Assembly: GCF_000497125.1 (NCBI RefSeq) | Contig: NC_090596.1 | Location: forward strand, 1,612,001 to 1,676,000 | DNA from: Spironucleus salmonicida | Lineage: Eukaryota | Direction: 5' to 3' | Length of the DNA: 64,000 bases | Part shown: positions 43,037-59,046 of the stretch, piece by piece | How the letters are laid out: each line of letters begins with the position of its first letter | Position numbering within the stretch: the first letter of the stretch is position 1 | Program-made: the position numbers and the translations under genes | Notes under the pieces: generated by a model | The model's input: only the letters and a program-made list of their open reading frames with translations | What the model was told of the DNA's origin: nothing | Database searches by the model: none

Positions 43037-44260
43037 ATGATACTTGATATGTAAGATCCGGTCATTCATATTGCATGTGATCGTTTGGGTGTTACTTAAA
43101 ATTAACTAAACATGCCATCTGATGATAAGTTTGTGAACTAACCTAACCCTAAAGTATTATATTTTGAAGCCGTTAAGTTTGTTAATTCTGTTTAAAATCA
43201 TGTTATGTTAGAGGTAGCCAAAATGAGGCAAAAAGGAATTACAGAAGCAGAATGGAATCATGTAGGTTCACCGTAAGATTTTCCGTTTAAGATTTTTACA
43301 AATAAAGGCAAACCGGTAGATAACAAAAAGAAGGTTGTTATTGAAAATCGTTTTGCACATGTTTTATAATTAGAATAAGATAAAATTAATAAAACTCAAT
43401 AATATTTAGATAATCGTGACCAAAATAGTTAAAATTAACTAATGAAAGTCAAGAATCAATAATAAATGTAGTCAAAATACTTAAATATGGTTTTTAACGA
43501 TGCTATTAAGACTGCAGAGAATGTAATTAATAATGGTGAAGTTAAGCGTTCTAATCTTAGAAATTCACTAAATGGTTAAGACCAACTAAGATAATATTAT
43601 ATGTAGCAAGATAAAGATCATTAAGATAACAATCGTCAAATGAGATCAGCTGTGCACTCTTAAAAAATATAAACTGCTAATAAAATTGTAAAAGGTATCG
43701 AATAAGACCGATAAATATAAAGAGAGAACGTTAAGTAAAAACAAGAAAAATATATTTAAGAAAGATGTTTACAGAAAGAAAAACTTTTAGAAAAAGTAGT
43801 AGATGCAAATATGCATCATTCTTAATAGGTGAATTAACATTGTTAATCTGTTAGATTATCCGAGAAACTAAATAGTTAAATAAAGAGATAGAAATAAGAA
43901 TAAAAAGAATTCCAAAGTTCATGTAATATTCAAGATATGAAAATGTCTCAGCATGCTGAATTAGAGTCCACAAAGTCCCTCCATAAACAATATTTAGAAG
44001 ACAAATATTAATAATTTAAGGAGATGGAATAGGTTAAGAAAGATTGCAAAGTATTATATTTTTAGACAAAAGATGAAGTAGCAGCACTAAACCTAACAGG
44101 TACTGGTGCTAAGATTGTAAAAGATAGGTAACTTGTTTAAACAGTGAACTCAGTTAGAGATTAAAAGAGCCAGTGGATGCGAGATTAAATTAAGGCTAAT
44201 ATTGAATATAAAAAGAATATTTATGATACTTTCAAAGATGATGTTCCATTTGTGATGTGA
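43037..44260 (+). CDS. Hypothetical coiled-coil protein (407 aa)
   Basis: MILDMQDPVIHIACDRLGV...DDVPFVM*; Q/K/E-rich. Confidence 0.78.
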
Positions 44261-44263
44261 ATT

Positions 44264-44710
44264 TCATTATGGTTTCAAATCATTTACTATATTTTATAAT
44301 AAGTTTTATTTCTCATGCAACTAATTTATTTACTGAGTGAAATTAGGTTAATTTAATACTAGTAAATCTTTTTAACATTATATATCCACCAGTTTGTTGA
44401 TAAGTCTCTTTTTAATCGTAGAAAATTTAATTTAAAATTATTAAAATTAATCAAGTTACTGTTACCCCTGAATCAATGCTTGTTAAACTATTTACTATTT
44501 TAATATTAATATATCTAAGGGTGATTAAGTACATTACTATTCTTTAACTGCTATTGTGTGCAATAACGTTATCCTACACAGTGGACATTTTTAGTTGCCA
44601 GGTTAAGACTTCTTTAATTATAAAATACAGTCTTGACAAAATACATGGCCACAGTTGAGAGAAATTGGAGTTTTAATATCGTCTAAACATATAGTACATA
44701 TGCAATTCAT
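44264..44710 (-). CDS. C3HC4 RING finger + coiled-coil protein (148 aa)
   Basis: CTICLDDIKTPISLNCGHVFCQDCI...KCPLCR. Confidence 0.92.
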
Positions 44711-44844
44711 TGAATTTTTTGACTAGATAGATAAATTATGCAACTATATTAATATAACAGCTAATTTTGGATCATTGATTTAAAGTTTTTAATTGTTTAG
44801 TTTAGATAAAGCAAAAAATTCATTTTTATTCATTAAGAGTTATT

Positions 44845-47800
44845 ATGAATATAATGTATTAGAATAATAAATCATCACTAACTAAATTTATGTCATGCGA
44901 CTATCATATTTATTCATAATAACTACTTGTTAATAGTGATGTTTAGATATTACAGAAATCAAAAAAAATATTAGATAAGCTGAAAAATATTAAAACAGTA
45001 GATACGACATTAGATTTTTCTATTGGATTTCATATTGATATAAGCCAAGATTAATAAAGACTGTTTTTCTCTATTTATTGCGTAAACTAGAATTAATTAT
45101 CTTTTAATTCATCTAATTACATTACATTTTAATTCTCTTAATCAAAGTTGATTGTAAATGTTAATGATGAAGCTATCTCTCTATAAAACATATTATCCCT
45201 TAAGTAAAGTATTTTATATGTAACTATAATTCAACATTATAGCTTGTTACAATTTTATATTTAAGGTGAATTACGATACAGTATCTAACTAAAGTAACCA
45301 TACTTATTAAAAAAAATAAAAATAATTGAATCTAATATATTGTCATTATAAATATTTCAATATGCTTTACCATTACTATCATTAAAATTCTGTTAAATGT
45401 TCCCTTCTTTTAATACAGATTATCCTAAATCTCCTATATTTTGTTACAATACAGCGAATCTTTTAACTTATAAATTTTCTGAATCAGATGGTATTATACT
45501 ACCGTATTTTAGTACTCCGGAACATTGCTATGTCTTTTCTTCTAATTAAAATACTAATATTCTGAAAACAATGATTCAGGATTAGAATTATAAAATAGAC
45601 AAATATTTTCTTTCTGGTAGTTAATACAATTCAATATAGAATTAATACTTAAATTTAACAGAAAGTATTATCCAGTAGCTTTATTCTTATGGTTTTTAGG
45701 CAATTATTTTAGATAAATGTGCTTGCTTTATACCTTATAAAAACTTTACTCGGGTTTATGGCTAGCTTGCTGTTGAGTGTCTTAATATAGAATTACCAAA
45801 CCATAATAAGTAATTATTTATTGATAAACTTATATTTAAATGGCCAGAGTAATCTAGTATTTAGATGGAAAATGCAGAAATAATATTTATAGAAAGCTGG
45901 AAATCTTACAACTTTAATAAACTAAATTTTGATTACTCGTGTATATTAGCTTAAAATAATTCATAATTTACCTATATTCCTGTGTGTATAGATGTGTAAA
46001 ATATGTTCACAACAAACATTAATAATCTTTAAGGTCTATTATATTCTAATAATTATTAATAAGTATTATTGTTGCTATAAGTGGTTATATTTCGATATAT
46101 CAATAAGTAAACACATCACATATTCAAGGGAACTTTTGATTTATTAGATGTATAATATATGGCTGTCAAGTTTAAATCTGAAGCTTATAACTAGGAAAAT
46201 ACGCAACAAGTTGTGAATTTAATTATTAAATATTTATCTGAGATCACAGATGATATATTCTTCATCATTTTAGATACTATTTACGATTTTTCAATGAAAT
46301 ATTTTCCTGAAGTAATAGATAAGTTTATAAACGAAGCTTTTGGTAATTCTTTTATTTTAAATTTATCAAAATTGCTATCTGCTAATAAATTTGATGAAGT
46401 CTTTGATATAGTATAGACATATGGTAGTAAATTTACAGTTGTATATACGTATTTAATATAGTCGCTTTAATCAGTTTTAAATATAGAATAGTTTTTTGCA
46501 TAATATGTAGGCATATTCACGTTAATTGATTAATTTATTAAAAAATAAGATAAAACACAATAAGATTTAGAAATTAATTTATTATCTATTTTTTATAATA
46601 ACGCACGATAGCATGAATCTAATGCTAACTCATATATATGGTTGGTTTCATTTTTGGTATATTTGGAATAATTTTTAGATGATAAAAAATTTGAGTTATA
46701 TTTATGTTGTTTTGATTTTGCTAATTTATATGATCACATTGCATTTATTTATCTTTACCGTTTAAACTGCCTGGAATTTTTAGATAATAGTTCATTATAA
46801 TTAGATATATTATAAAGTATTGAAGAAAATGTATTACTATTTTTAAATATTAATATTGGTAGGGTGGTTTTATTTTTCAATTATGCTTTATAATTAGAAA
46901 AACTACCATCAACTTATTTTATAAAATTTATTTGCTTAAAAAAATTTGAAAAATATTAGTAACTTTTTTTAGTAACTTTTATGAAAATGATGATTAATTA
47001 AGACAACAAAATACATTTATTTAATGAGTTAAGCAAAACACAATTAAGTGAATAAGTTATATAGGATTATGTGGACTAGTATGAGAGATCTATAGATTTG
47101 AATTATAGTATCAAATTACCTTATTTTGACAATTTAAAGTATTTTGTATAGATAGTCAGAAAATATCACTAAGACACAATATTGCATATGAATATACGCA
47201 TGTTTTTCTTATAATATTATTATAAAGAACTTATTCATTTTATTTTTATGAAGTATAAAGAGGCTAACTCTGAAATTTCTAGAAGTCAATTTGTTGTAAT
47301 TACATTGTATAGATTTATTTTAAATACAAGTATGAAGGACATTTTGACTATATTTATCGATAATTTTGAGGGGTAAGAGTTTTATAAATTAAACTATCGT
47401 TAGCTAAAACAATTTGTTCCATAAAACTAATAATTTATTTAGCAATAACATTAAACTTGTATAAATTATTTTAAATAATAGTAAGAACTTATAAACTTTT
47501 GGATAAAAAGACATTAATATTAAATTTAAGCTTCAATTTCTTTAAATGAAAATGAATTTTCATCAAGCATTAATGGAAGACTACAATTAAGATAATTAAC
47601 TTATTAAAGACACGTCTATCATTAATAATTATTTGTTCTACCTACAAGATTTTCATCAGAGGATTTTGGTTTTATATAAAAATAATAATTATCTTTATAA
47701 CATTTCATACCTCCAAATTTTCATATTTTAGTAGCATTTAACGTATAAAGATTAGTCAAATCATTATTTAAAAACCAAGAAGGAGTTTTAGTTATTTGTT

Positions 47801-50553
47801 AAGAAATGTATGTGTTTATACCCAATGTTGGTGTTAGTGGGATAGCATAAGATTTTTACGTGAATTATGATTTTACTTAGTTTATAAAACTAAAGATAAA
47901 TTAAGAGATAATCATGCAGTATATAAATATTGAAGATGTACCTGAGTATTAATCTAGATATATGATATTTGCTAAAAATTGCAATATTAATTGTGAAAAT
48001 TTTGAAAACAGTTTTAATTAAACGTTATACATACCTCCTCTAAATATTTAAAATATATTACAAGAAATGTATTGCCATAGAAATATCTAAATAAATATTG
48101 TTTTAAGTATTGGATACAACTATTCATTTATATTTACAGATGCTTTATCACAAGGGCCAACTGATATATCTGAGTGTTAGATTACTGCAGAAATATAATT
48201 AGGTATTTTTTACTACTATTATAAACTATTATTTAATGGTAATTAAGGAAAATTTATGGCAAATCCAAAGATAATCTAAGAAATTTATAAAAAGCGAATT
48301 CCATAAAATTATATATTAGGATTAAATCAAAGAGTTTTATTACATCCTAATTGTATTTAAGATAATGATTTTAGAAATAAGTTGTCAAAAGTTCTTAATC
48401 ATTCCCCTTATTCGTATACAAATTTGTAGTAAAAAATAATTATGACTAATATTGAACACCTTTAAATATAAGAACTTAATAGAATACCATTATATGAGCC
48501 ATTTAGACACTTAGATCATTATTACTCACTATTTAATTCAATATCTTTTGATGATATATCTAGATTTGGAGAAAAGGTTGCAGACAGCTTACGCTCTGAC
48601 TAAATTAATTTATCAATATTTGCTATATTGATTAGATTATCATCTTAAAATTTAATTGACAATTTTTCTTTTATATATCTAGTAAATCGTCTTGCTGGGC
48701 GTAATAGTGATAACTTGAGTAGTAACATTATTTATCCAATAATTAAGAATAGAGTATTGGATTTACCAGTTTAATGCTAGCTTGCTGAAAAATATAACTA
48801 AATTTTATAAAAATAGTTATAAATAGAATAAATTAATCCGCTTTCGATTATAAAAACAATTAAATTCTTTAATATGTAAGTATCCTTACATGGGACATTT
48901 TCGTCAAATCCAGCATCAAGTTTATATTATTTATACCGAATGTAACCATATGCTTCTGCATTGATTGATTTATAAAATGGTTAATTTGATGCTCCAGATA
49001 GAATGTTTTATGATTATGAAGCACTATATAAAGTTATTTTTTGGACAAATTTTAAAGAACACATACCTTAATTATATACAAATATTGAACTTTATTACAA
49101 TTTGCATCATTTTGATTTGGGTATTCGGTCAGATAAATAGAAACTAAACCATGTAGTTTTTAATAATATAGAGTCAATCTTACAAATTTAATAACAAGAT
49201 ATAGGTGAAATTTAGGACACTCAAGTTTTATAATCATTTTTAATCGATGATGAATAAGATTAAATTGTGGAAAGTATTAGTTAAACTGTTTAAGATAATT
49301 CCCTTGTTCAACTAATCCCAGTATTAAATGCTGAATAGCATTTAGACCTGATCAGTAATCGGGAGCAGCAAGTTGAGAATCCGATAAATGCCCTTTAGTG
49401 TATTTTTGAGTTATATGAGAATTTAGAAATAGTGTAAAAGGCAAACTTATTTCGCTGGTTATCCCTATATTTTGGCCCGAATTAGTTTTCTAGATAAAAT
49501 TTTACCTAATATTCGCCCGCCACGTATTTACTTAGAGTCCAAAGTCAACAGCTTTGCTAGGAATTTGATCAAGCTAAGTATTTTGGAGCAATTCCAAACA
49601 AGCTATTTGATTGCAGATTCTAACAGCCAGATACGAAGTAATATTTACTATTATCTAATAAGTTCGTACTTAAAGATTAATTTCTCACAATTAACTTAAT
49701 AACTCACATGTAAAAGCTTATGCAAGGCACAGAAGCGAGGAAGCTATTTGAACCAGCTACTTTTTTACCAGCTGGCTACCAACGGAATATAAACTTCATC
49801 ACACGATTCACAACCAACTTTTTAACATTTTGCAACTTTGACCTAGTGCCGTTTAAAACGCAAATATTCGATATCCCCATCCTGCAGCAGACCGCTACCG
49901 CTGCGCTCCTGGGACTGCGTTTCGAGGGCACCGTGAAACTTTACCAAATCAAGTCGAACCGCATCCATTTCAGTCACGAAATCCCACTCGCAACGACGTC
50001 AATTTGCCTATCACCATCGCAGATTTTGCTCGTTCTAACTGCGTACAAAATCTACGCTTTCGACGCTCTCAACCACTGCGTTCTGGCGCAATGCGACTTT
50101 GCAGGCGGCCTCCAAATCCAAACCGACGCCTGGGATAACGTGTACGTACGGGCGCTGGCATGCGTGCACGTCTTCGGTCCCGAACTTGCGAGGCTGGGAA
50201 GCATTCCAATCGGTGAGGATGAGCGTTTCGTGCCATTCGAGCGCATGCGCCTCGTGGTGTACGGGCGTAATTGGCTCAAAATGGTCGTTTTGAGTGCGGC
50301 AGCGGCGGATAATTTCGAGGTATCCGAACCTTCTCCGGGGCCCTATTTCGCCATTCCGAATGGCTACGAGGCCCTGAACTGCGAGGCGCTGAACGGGTGC
50401 GAACTGGCAGACAGGATAGTATCGTGTGGAAGCCTGGAAGTGGGGTGCCAGTAGGAGTTCGTGTTTAATGAGCAGATCGTAGGAGTGGAGGTCCTTAAGT
50501 TCAGTGTTTTAGTCAAATGTGAGGTATCTGACTTTAGCATAATCGCCGACTGA
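44845..50553 (+). CDS. BEACH domain protein (~1900 aa); start could be 44854 or 44890
   Basis: IDNFSFIYLVNRLAGRNSDNL..IYP, HGTFSSN..YYLYRMQPY, QNGQFDAPDRMF, LFRWLSLYFG, followed by a beta-rich C-terminus. Confidence 0.88.
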
Positions 50554-50564
50554 AAACGATAATA

Positions 50565-50954
50565 TCACTGATATAAGTCCACCAGAGCAGAGCCTAAAAG
50601 CTCTAATCCGTACGTCATGTGCTGGTCCTACTCCGTATCCAAAGCTGGCAGTGGCATGATTGATTTTGCCACTTTGTAGACTTACTGGAAGAGCTTCTGT
50701 GTATATTACTGAGCCTCAATTAGTGATTCAATGAGTTATTATTACTGCTCAATAATTTGAGAGGATGGAAGATTTTTTGACAATTCTTTGACCTCCTACG
50801 ATTTTTAAATCAAATCTTATGATATAAATGAAATTTAGTCGTCGACTTAAGCTACCCTCTATTCTCTCATTTTAAAATACTTATCTCTGTCCTCTAAAAA
50901 AAGAAGACGGTCGCTAATATCTGGGACCAAATTACAGAAACAGTTCTTGCTCAT
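50565..50954 (-). CDS. Hypothetical protein (129 aa)
   Basis: MSKNCFCNLVPDISDRLL...ALVDLYQ*. Confidence 0.7.
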
Positions 50955-51013
50955 TTCAATCAATTTATGTATATAATTTATCCTATATAGTAATTATACT
51001 GTAATAATTCAAA

Positions 51014-52063
51014 ATGATGGATCTTTCTAATCCTTTTAAATTATTTCACGATTCGTAAAAGTAGTTAGAAGATATAACTAGAGAAAAACATAATATATTG
51101 TCAGAGATTATTAGACTTTAACGTAAGAAGCATTAGTTGTTGGAATTACAAACGCTACCATACCAAGGTACTTTATAAGGTGTTACAAAAATTGATATTA
51201 CAACAGCTATTTCTTATGATCAATAACCCCCTATTAATTATTTCACGGATAGATATATTAACCCTTTAATTTAACATTAAAAAGTTTAATAAATTGATGA
51301 ACTAGCATAAGATGATTAAATTCATTCAGTTAATGCATTTTTCCCTTCTCATTTTACGAATTTAGCTGGTTTAGGTGGAGTATTAGGAACATAATTTGGG
51401 ACAGGTGGTCGTATACCTCCTATTGAGAGACATTCATGCTATGTTGATGAATTGAAATAAAAAATAAAACCTACTAACAAAAAAGAAACAGATACGGATT
51501 ATGATAGAGTGTCATCTTTATTACTTTCTGCTAATATGGAATTAGACCTTCCATTTATAGTTTCACAATCTAAAAAGATTTTGCCTTTAGGGCGTGTTCT
51601 GGCCGAGTCTGCTAGTTAGAATTTTATAATATAGTCATAATTTCTGCCAAATTCTGAGTAAATTGGTAATTATATTTAATTTTCACAGGTAAACTAACTT
51701 ATAAAACAGTAAAACACCCCTATTCTTGATTAACTAGCCAAACAAATTATTAAAAATAAAGATTCAGTTAAAAAGTTTTGTTAGGAAAACAAGTGTATTG
51801 CTTTAACTGATAAATAAAAGCTATTTGAGAGGGATAAACATGCAATTCGTACAATGAAGAATTAATTTGCTCACGATTTTGATTTTACCAAATCAGAAGG
51901 TTGGAAGTGCTAAGAAATTTACTTTTAGCAATATTAAGATAAATTGATAAAATCAGTCATTTAAATTGGTAGTATAGATTTTGATATCCCCCTAGCAGCA
52001 GCCAAGCCTCAGGATAAAATATCTTGGGAAATATATAAATTAAATTTTAATTTTAACAAGTGA
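51014..52063 (+). CDS. Hypothetical protein (349 aa)
   Basis: MMDLSNPFKLFHDS...; ends AAG-TGA. Confidence 0.75.
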
Positions 52064-52065
52064 AA

Positions 52066-54321
52066 TCACACATTAAAGATTGTTTTTATTTAGCTCACAT
52101 ATTCTTATTTTACTGTACTTAAACACGCAATTTTTTCATTTTCATCGAAAATATCGGATATTTATTCAATAATTCCTTGTTGAAATTCCGAAATATTTGA
52201 TTAAAGTATTTTATTAAAGATGTTAAAACTCGATGGATATTTAAGGTAGTTTTAAACATTATTTAGTGACTCTATTAGGAAAACTCCACTAAGCAAATGA
52301 CTATCTATGTTAAAATTTAGCTATGATGCTAACTTCATGACTTGTTTTACGATATCTTCTTCTTTTTTAGGTATCTTGCTGCAGAAGGTTTCAACCTACT
52401 CTTCTATACATTATCTATCTTACTTTTTTAACATAAATTCTTTGAATTGTAAAAACTAAGGATCTGTAAAAGTATCCTTGAAAAGATTTATCACGTCTTA
52501 ATTTTGTGTAAATCTATAAACTCGTAGGATAGCTGCCTAATGTAATCTGCTGTTTTAATCAATTTTACAATTAAGGAACTTTTATAATAAGATATCGTTA
52601 TCATACAGTTAACAAAAACATGCTGCAATTTCAACACAACTTGATGGATTAATTTTTTAATTACTAATTTATTCCTAATAAAATAAAAATGTTTCAAAAA
52701 GATTATCATTTAAATTACATATCGTGTAATATTAATATTTATAGTCTGTTTAGTATTAGAATTCTGTTTCAAGTATAGTTGTTATTAATGAATTTATAGA
52801 TAAATCTAGGCTTTCAATTAGTGTAATAATTTGTGAATAAAACTCATGATTTTAAAGTTTTTTCTCAACTTAATATCTAAATTTTTTGCTTATAAGTGAA
52901 ACTTTAGATAAAAAAGTACACAATTCAATTTTTATTGGTAATATATACTCTTAAAACCATTGTATCATATCATTTGTTCGGTTATGCGTAGATTAAAGAA
53001 CAATTGTTAATATAGAGAAAAGTGTTATAAGGTTATTAGGATTAGTTTTAATATTAAGTTCTAAGTCTAAATTTTATTTGAAATGTTTTAGTTTTTTGAC
53101 TTCTTTAAACTAAGTTCCATCGATGATTTTATCAACATGTGAGATCAAAGGTTAGATCATTGTTGTATAAATTAGTTTAAAGTTAGATTTTATAAATAGA
53201 TTTTAAATATCTTCGAAGGTTGACTATAGATTATCATAAATAATATCTTTACCTGAATAATTATTAACTATTATATTAAAAAATTAATATAAAGTTTAAA
53301 GTCTTCCATCGCTGCATATATTTTTAGCTATTATATTAAAATTGGGGAAATTTTAATTAGAAAGATCTTTGGCTAAATATTTTAATGTATCGTCAATGTT
53401 ATAAAATTTAAACACCAAGTTTTTGTCAAATTTTATTTTATTTTGGTCAAATTAAAGTATGGAACTGAAAATGATATTTAATTCAAAACTTTTGTCTATT
53501 CCAACCATCGCCTCCATATTAAGTCGTTTTGTTAATAAAGTAAGGATAATTAAGTACTCATCTATAAAATTGTTATCAGATATTTAAATTAAACAATGCA
53601 TAGCTCCTAGTATATAATTTTCTACAGGATTAGAAGTGATAAAATATTCAATATAACATTCATATAAATCCGTTATACTCTACATACCTAAAACATCTAA
53701 AGTAAATTATAATGCCATTTAACAATTCAAAAATCCACCTGAATAACACATATATGGAATATATTTATCTAATATGGTACTTTAAATAATATCATACGAT
53801 GCTAATCCATTAAATTAACATGGGAACCCTAATTTTCCACTTCCTTATAATTAAATGTTCCAAAACTACCAATTTGGAATATGATTATGATTAAACATAA
53901 CAATTTCATCAATTTCCCATCCTAATGAAATAAACTTACCTGCCACATTTGTCTCAATAATTGGTAGTTCTGATAAATACTTCACTGGGGTTTTTGGATT
54001 AATTAATACTAAATTAACATTGGTAGTAATTTGTTACTCAGGAATAATATTTAAAATATTAGATATATACAGTTTAACAAGTATAGGCTACGGATAGTTC
54101 TACATTATTCTAGCTGCAGATTACTATAATTATTTATTTTATCCATAATATGCAATAAAGGTTAATTATTCACGAATTTTATTGAACATACTGATAGGAG
54201 AATCAACGATTTTTTCAAGTTATTTGATTAGTTTATTGCTATCAAGAGGAATTGCCTCCAATAGTTATTTGGTTATAAATATTTATCTTAGTTATTCATT
54301 AGATTTAAAATACTAGTCCAT
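52066..54321 (-). CDS. Hypothetical protein (~751 aa)
   Basis: MDQYFKSNEQLRQIF... in frame with TGA at 52066. Internal frame only partly checked. Confidence 0.7.
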
Positions 54322-54409
54322 TAAAGTGAAAAAGAATAATTATATATTTATATTATATAATATTTATGTTAATATATTTATCATACAAGCGCACTTTTCC
54401 TTTTCAAAG

Positions 54410-54949
54410 ATGGAGGGAACATTCCGTAACGCTACTGGTACATTACAGTTAGAAGAATATTCAAATACTACTAAATTCAACCACTAAATACCACATCATG
54501 ATAAGACATACTCATCGGTACTATTGGAAACTGCACCTCGTTATTTTAATGCTACTGTGGCTGAGTAAATAGCACCAGTTGTTGCTCAACATACATATAC
54601 TATTTAGCCTGATATTTCTCGCCAATATAACGGTTATGTACCAACATCCACGTCTACACAGCCTATTGAACCTGATCTTGCCACAGCCACACGTAGAGGA
54701 AGCATCTTATAACGTTTAGATAAAACTTATGAAACTAAGCACTTCAAAGTTCCAGAGCCAAAACATGCTAGGAAATATGATAGAAAGGAAGTTGACAATA
54801 TTGTTAAATAACTTGGTGGATAATAAGAATTAAAATGCGTAAAATCAATATAACATGTTATCGTTAAAGTAGATGATAAAGCTCCTGTATATGATAAATA
54901 TTATCATGGTGGACATGTTTTCGACGATTATACTGGCAAGCATAAATGA
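54410..54949 (+). CDS. Hypothetical protein (179 aa)
   Basis: MEGTFRNATGTLQLEEY...DDYTGKHK*, with a C-rich tract before the ATG. Confidence 0.8.
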
Positions 54950-55053
54950 TTTTATGATTATATTATATATAATAAATAATCACTCATACTTAATTTTTGA
55001 TAAAGGAAAAAACCAATACTAAATAATATATTATTACTCAGTATACTTGATTA

Positions 55054-55485
55054 ATGCAAAAACATTTTTCTTGCAGCTACATAGACACAAATATCAGTTT
55101 TTCAGATGACTAGGCAATCTCTTAAATAAGAAAATCCGTATAACAACATATTAAATCTTAAAATATTATATAAAACTAGAAATATAGTAGTGAAATAAAA
55201 CTTAAGTAACTAGATTCAAAAGTATATTTACATAATTATATAGACAGAACAATAGAGAGACGCCAATAGTAATTTAAAGATATGGATTCTAAATTTTCTG
55301 AACAAAAGTAGCAATTACTAGCTTCATAGAAAAAACTAGGAAGAAACCAAATTATATCTGTATATGATACTTAGCGTAATATTTATGTGAAGAAGGCATA
55401 AATAAAAGATCAAAATAGAAAAACGGTATAAGAATAGAAAAGATTAGCAAGTATAGAGTTACTCTAATTGTAGGCGAAAAAATGA
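55054..55485 (+). CDS. Hypothetical K/Q-rich protein (143 aa)
   Basis: MQKHFSCSYID...LQLQAKK*. Confidence 0.65.
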
Positions 55486-55497
55486 ATGAAAAATGTT

Positions 55498-56730
55498 TCA
55501 CTTAGCATTTTCAACAGCCGCTTTCATAGCATCAGCCACATATACTACATTGGCATCAGTTAAGCCACACATTGACATTCTACCACCAGACACAACCAAG
55601 TAGACGGAGAATTATTCCTTCATATACTAAACTTGAGCTGGAGTAAGACCAGTAAAGGTAAACATACCGATACAGGTCATAATATGATCCCATTTACCCG
55701 GACATCCGTTTTTAATAAGTGCATTGTACAATTTAGATCTCATATCTTTGATTCTATTCGCCATAGTCTAGACATCAATTAAGAATTATTTCTTAAGTTC
55801 AGGGGATTGACCAATAGTTTATACAATATAAGCACCGTGAATCGGTGACACTGACCACGTTTCACGAACAATAAGGCTTAAGTTCGACTGAAGAGCGAGA
55901 GATTCTTTATCATCACCATTATGCACTATATGAATAGCACCTATTCTTTCACCATAAAGACCGAAGTTCTTCGCAAAAGATTATGCAATTAAGCATTCGA
56001 CGCCCTCTGCTGCAAAAAGTCTGATGGAGTAACCATCATCCTCAAAGGACCCAGTTGCAAAGCCTTAGTAAGCCACATCAAAGAATGCAATATGATTCTT
56101 CTGCTTGAATACTTCTAAAGTAGCAATCCACTGTTCTTTCGTAAAATCAATACCAGAAGGATTGTGGGCACATGCGTGAAGCAAGAAAATCGAACCATTA
56201 GTGGCTGCTTTAATCTCAGATAAAAATGAGTTAAAATCAATAGCTAAAGTGCCATCCTTATAAAGATAAGTATATTATTTGTAACACTTAGAATTATAAG
56301 CTTTTTCAAAAATAGGGTAATGATTAGGCCAGGTAACTGATGGTAAATAAATATCAGAATTACCAAAGAACCTGTTAAGGAAGCAAAAACCTACATGGAG
56401 GGAACCTGAACCAGAGATAGATTGGCAAGTAGCCACTCTTTTTTCTTTTAAAACAACATGATCATCGCCTAAAAGGAACTCCTAAGCAGATTTAATGAAA
56501 GGCGCAAAACCAGGCTGGGGAGGATATTCCTTATTAAATTTATTAAAGTCCTTGGAAATGATTTCTTCAGCAGCTCTAACAGAAGGTAGGATCCAAGGCT
56601 TGCCTTACTCATCTCTATACGCACCTACACCTAAAGATACCTTTTTCGGATTAGGATCTTCAGCAAAAAGCTTATTAAGGTTTAAAATGGGATCAGGCTT
56701 AGTCTATTCAATATGGCCAAACACTGACAT
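55498..56730 (-). CDS. Aspartate aminotransferase (410 aa)
   Basis: [70 protein letters not shown]. Confidence 0.97.
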
Positions 56731-56867
56731 TTAAAGAAGTGGAGTAAATCTGGTAGTTTTATTCTATCGTAACAATAAGTTAAATATTTATATTTTAGAT
56801 GATAATTATGTTTTATATAATAAATATTAATAAATTTATATAATACTAATTAATCATCAAATCACAA

Positions 56868-57656
56868 ATGTCTAGTACAAAAATATTTATATCTTAGTTA
56901 CCTAAAATAGTTGTTAATACATATCCAAAATCTATTTCAGACAAATGGGGAATTGAATAAGTATCATAAGAGTTTACGTAAGTATACAGCGTGTTTAAGG
57001 CTTATTAAAATATTCAATTATTTTTAAAAGTAGAACATTAGTTCTAAGCTACTATATCGTGCTAAGTTTAGGTAAAATTAAAAAATTAAGTTATATATAA
57101 TACTATGTTAGATTCTAAGTAAATCTTCAAGATTTTATTAGCTGAATGTGGTGAACATATAGTTTGTGACGTTAAATTTATTTAAGGTAATTAAATTTTA
57201 GATGAAAAATAGTTTACCATCGAAGTAATACAACCGTATACTGTATAATATGATAATAATATTGTTTAAATAACTTCAAATTTAGATCTGCCAATTTTAG
57301 TTTAATAGGAGTAGCAAAGTTTCAATTTTATGCTAGGAAAACGAAAGGATAAAATGAACTTAGAAAATTAGAATTATAAACTATATACTTCTTACAATAC
57401 TTAGATAGGCTAGATTTTTGAGAAAAAATTAGATTTCAAAACATTTACTTGTTAAGTAAATTAAATTATTAAATTAGAAGTGACTGGAGATTCAATACAA
57501 AAGAGCTAAATATAAGGCTTGGATTTCGTTGATTACTCGAGTGGTATTTTATTTTTATTTACTCGAAAAACTGGAATATACAAACTAAATAATTACATAG
57601 TCACTAATGGTTCAAAATAGTACCATTTAGATAATTTAGTGATAAATGTTATCTGA
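56868..57656 (+). CDS. Hypothetical beta-rich protein (262 aa), weak resemblance to TRAPPC13
   Basis: The ORF is clear. ECGEHIVCDVKF...KQFTIEVIQPYTV recalls TRAPPC13 by eye only. Confidence 0.65.
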
Positions 57657-57673
57657 AATTTTATATCATAATA

Positions 57674-58930
<1,257 letters not shown>

Positions 58931-59046
58931 TTTGGTCTAATCTCGTATTATTACATATAATAAGCCATAATCTAATTTTTAAGTAATAAACATTTGAATA
59001 CTTTAAATTATAGTATTAAGTAATAAATATTTTTCCGCACAATAAA

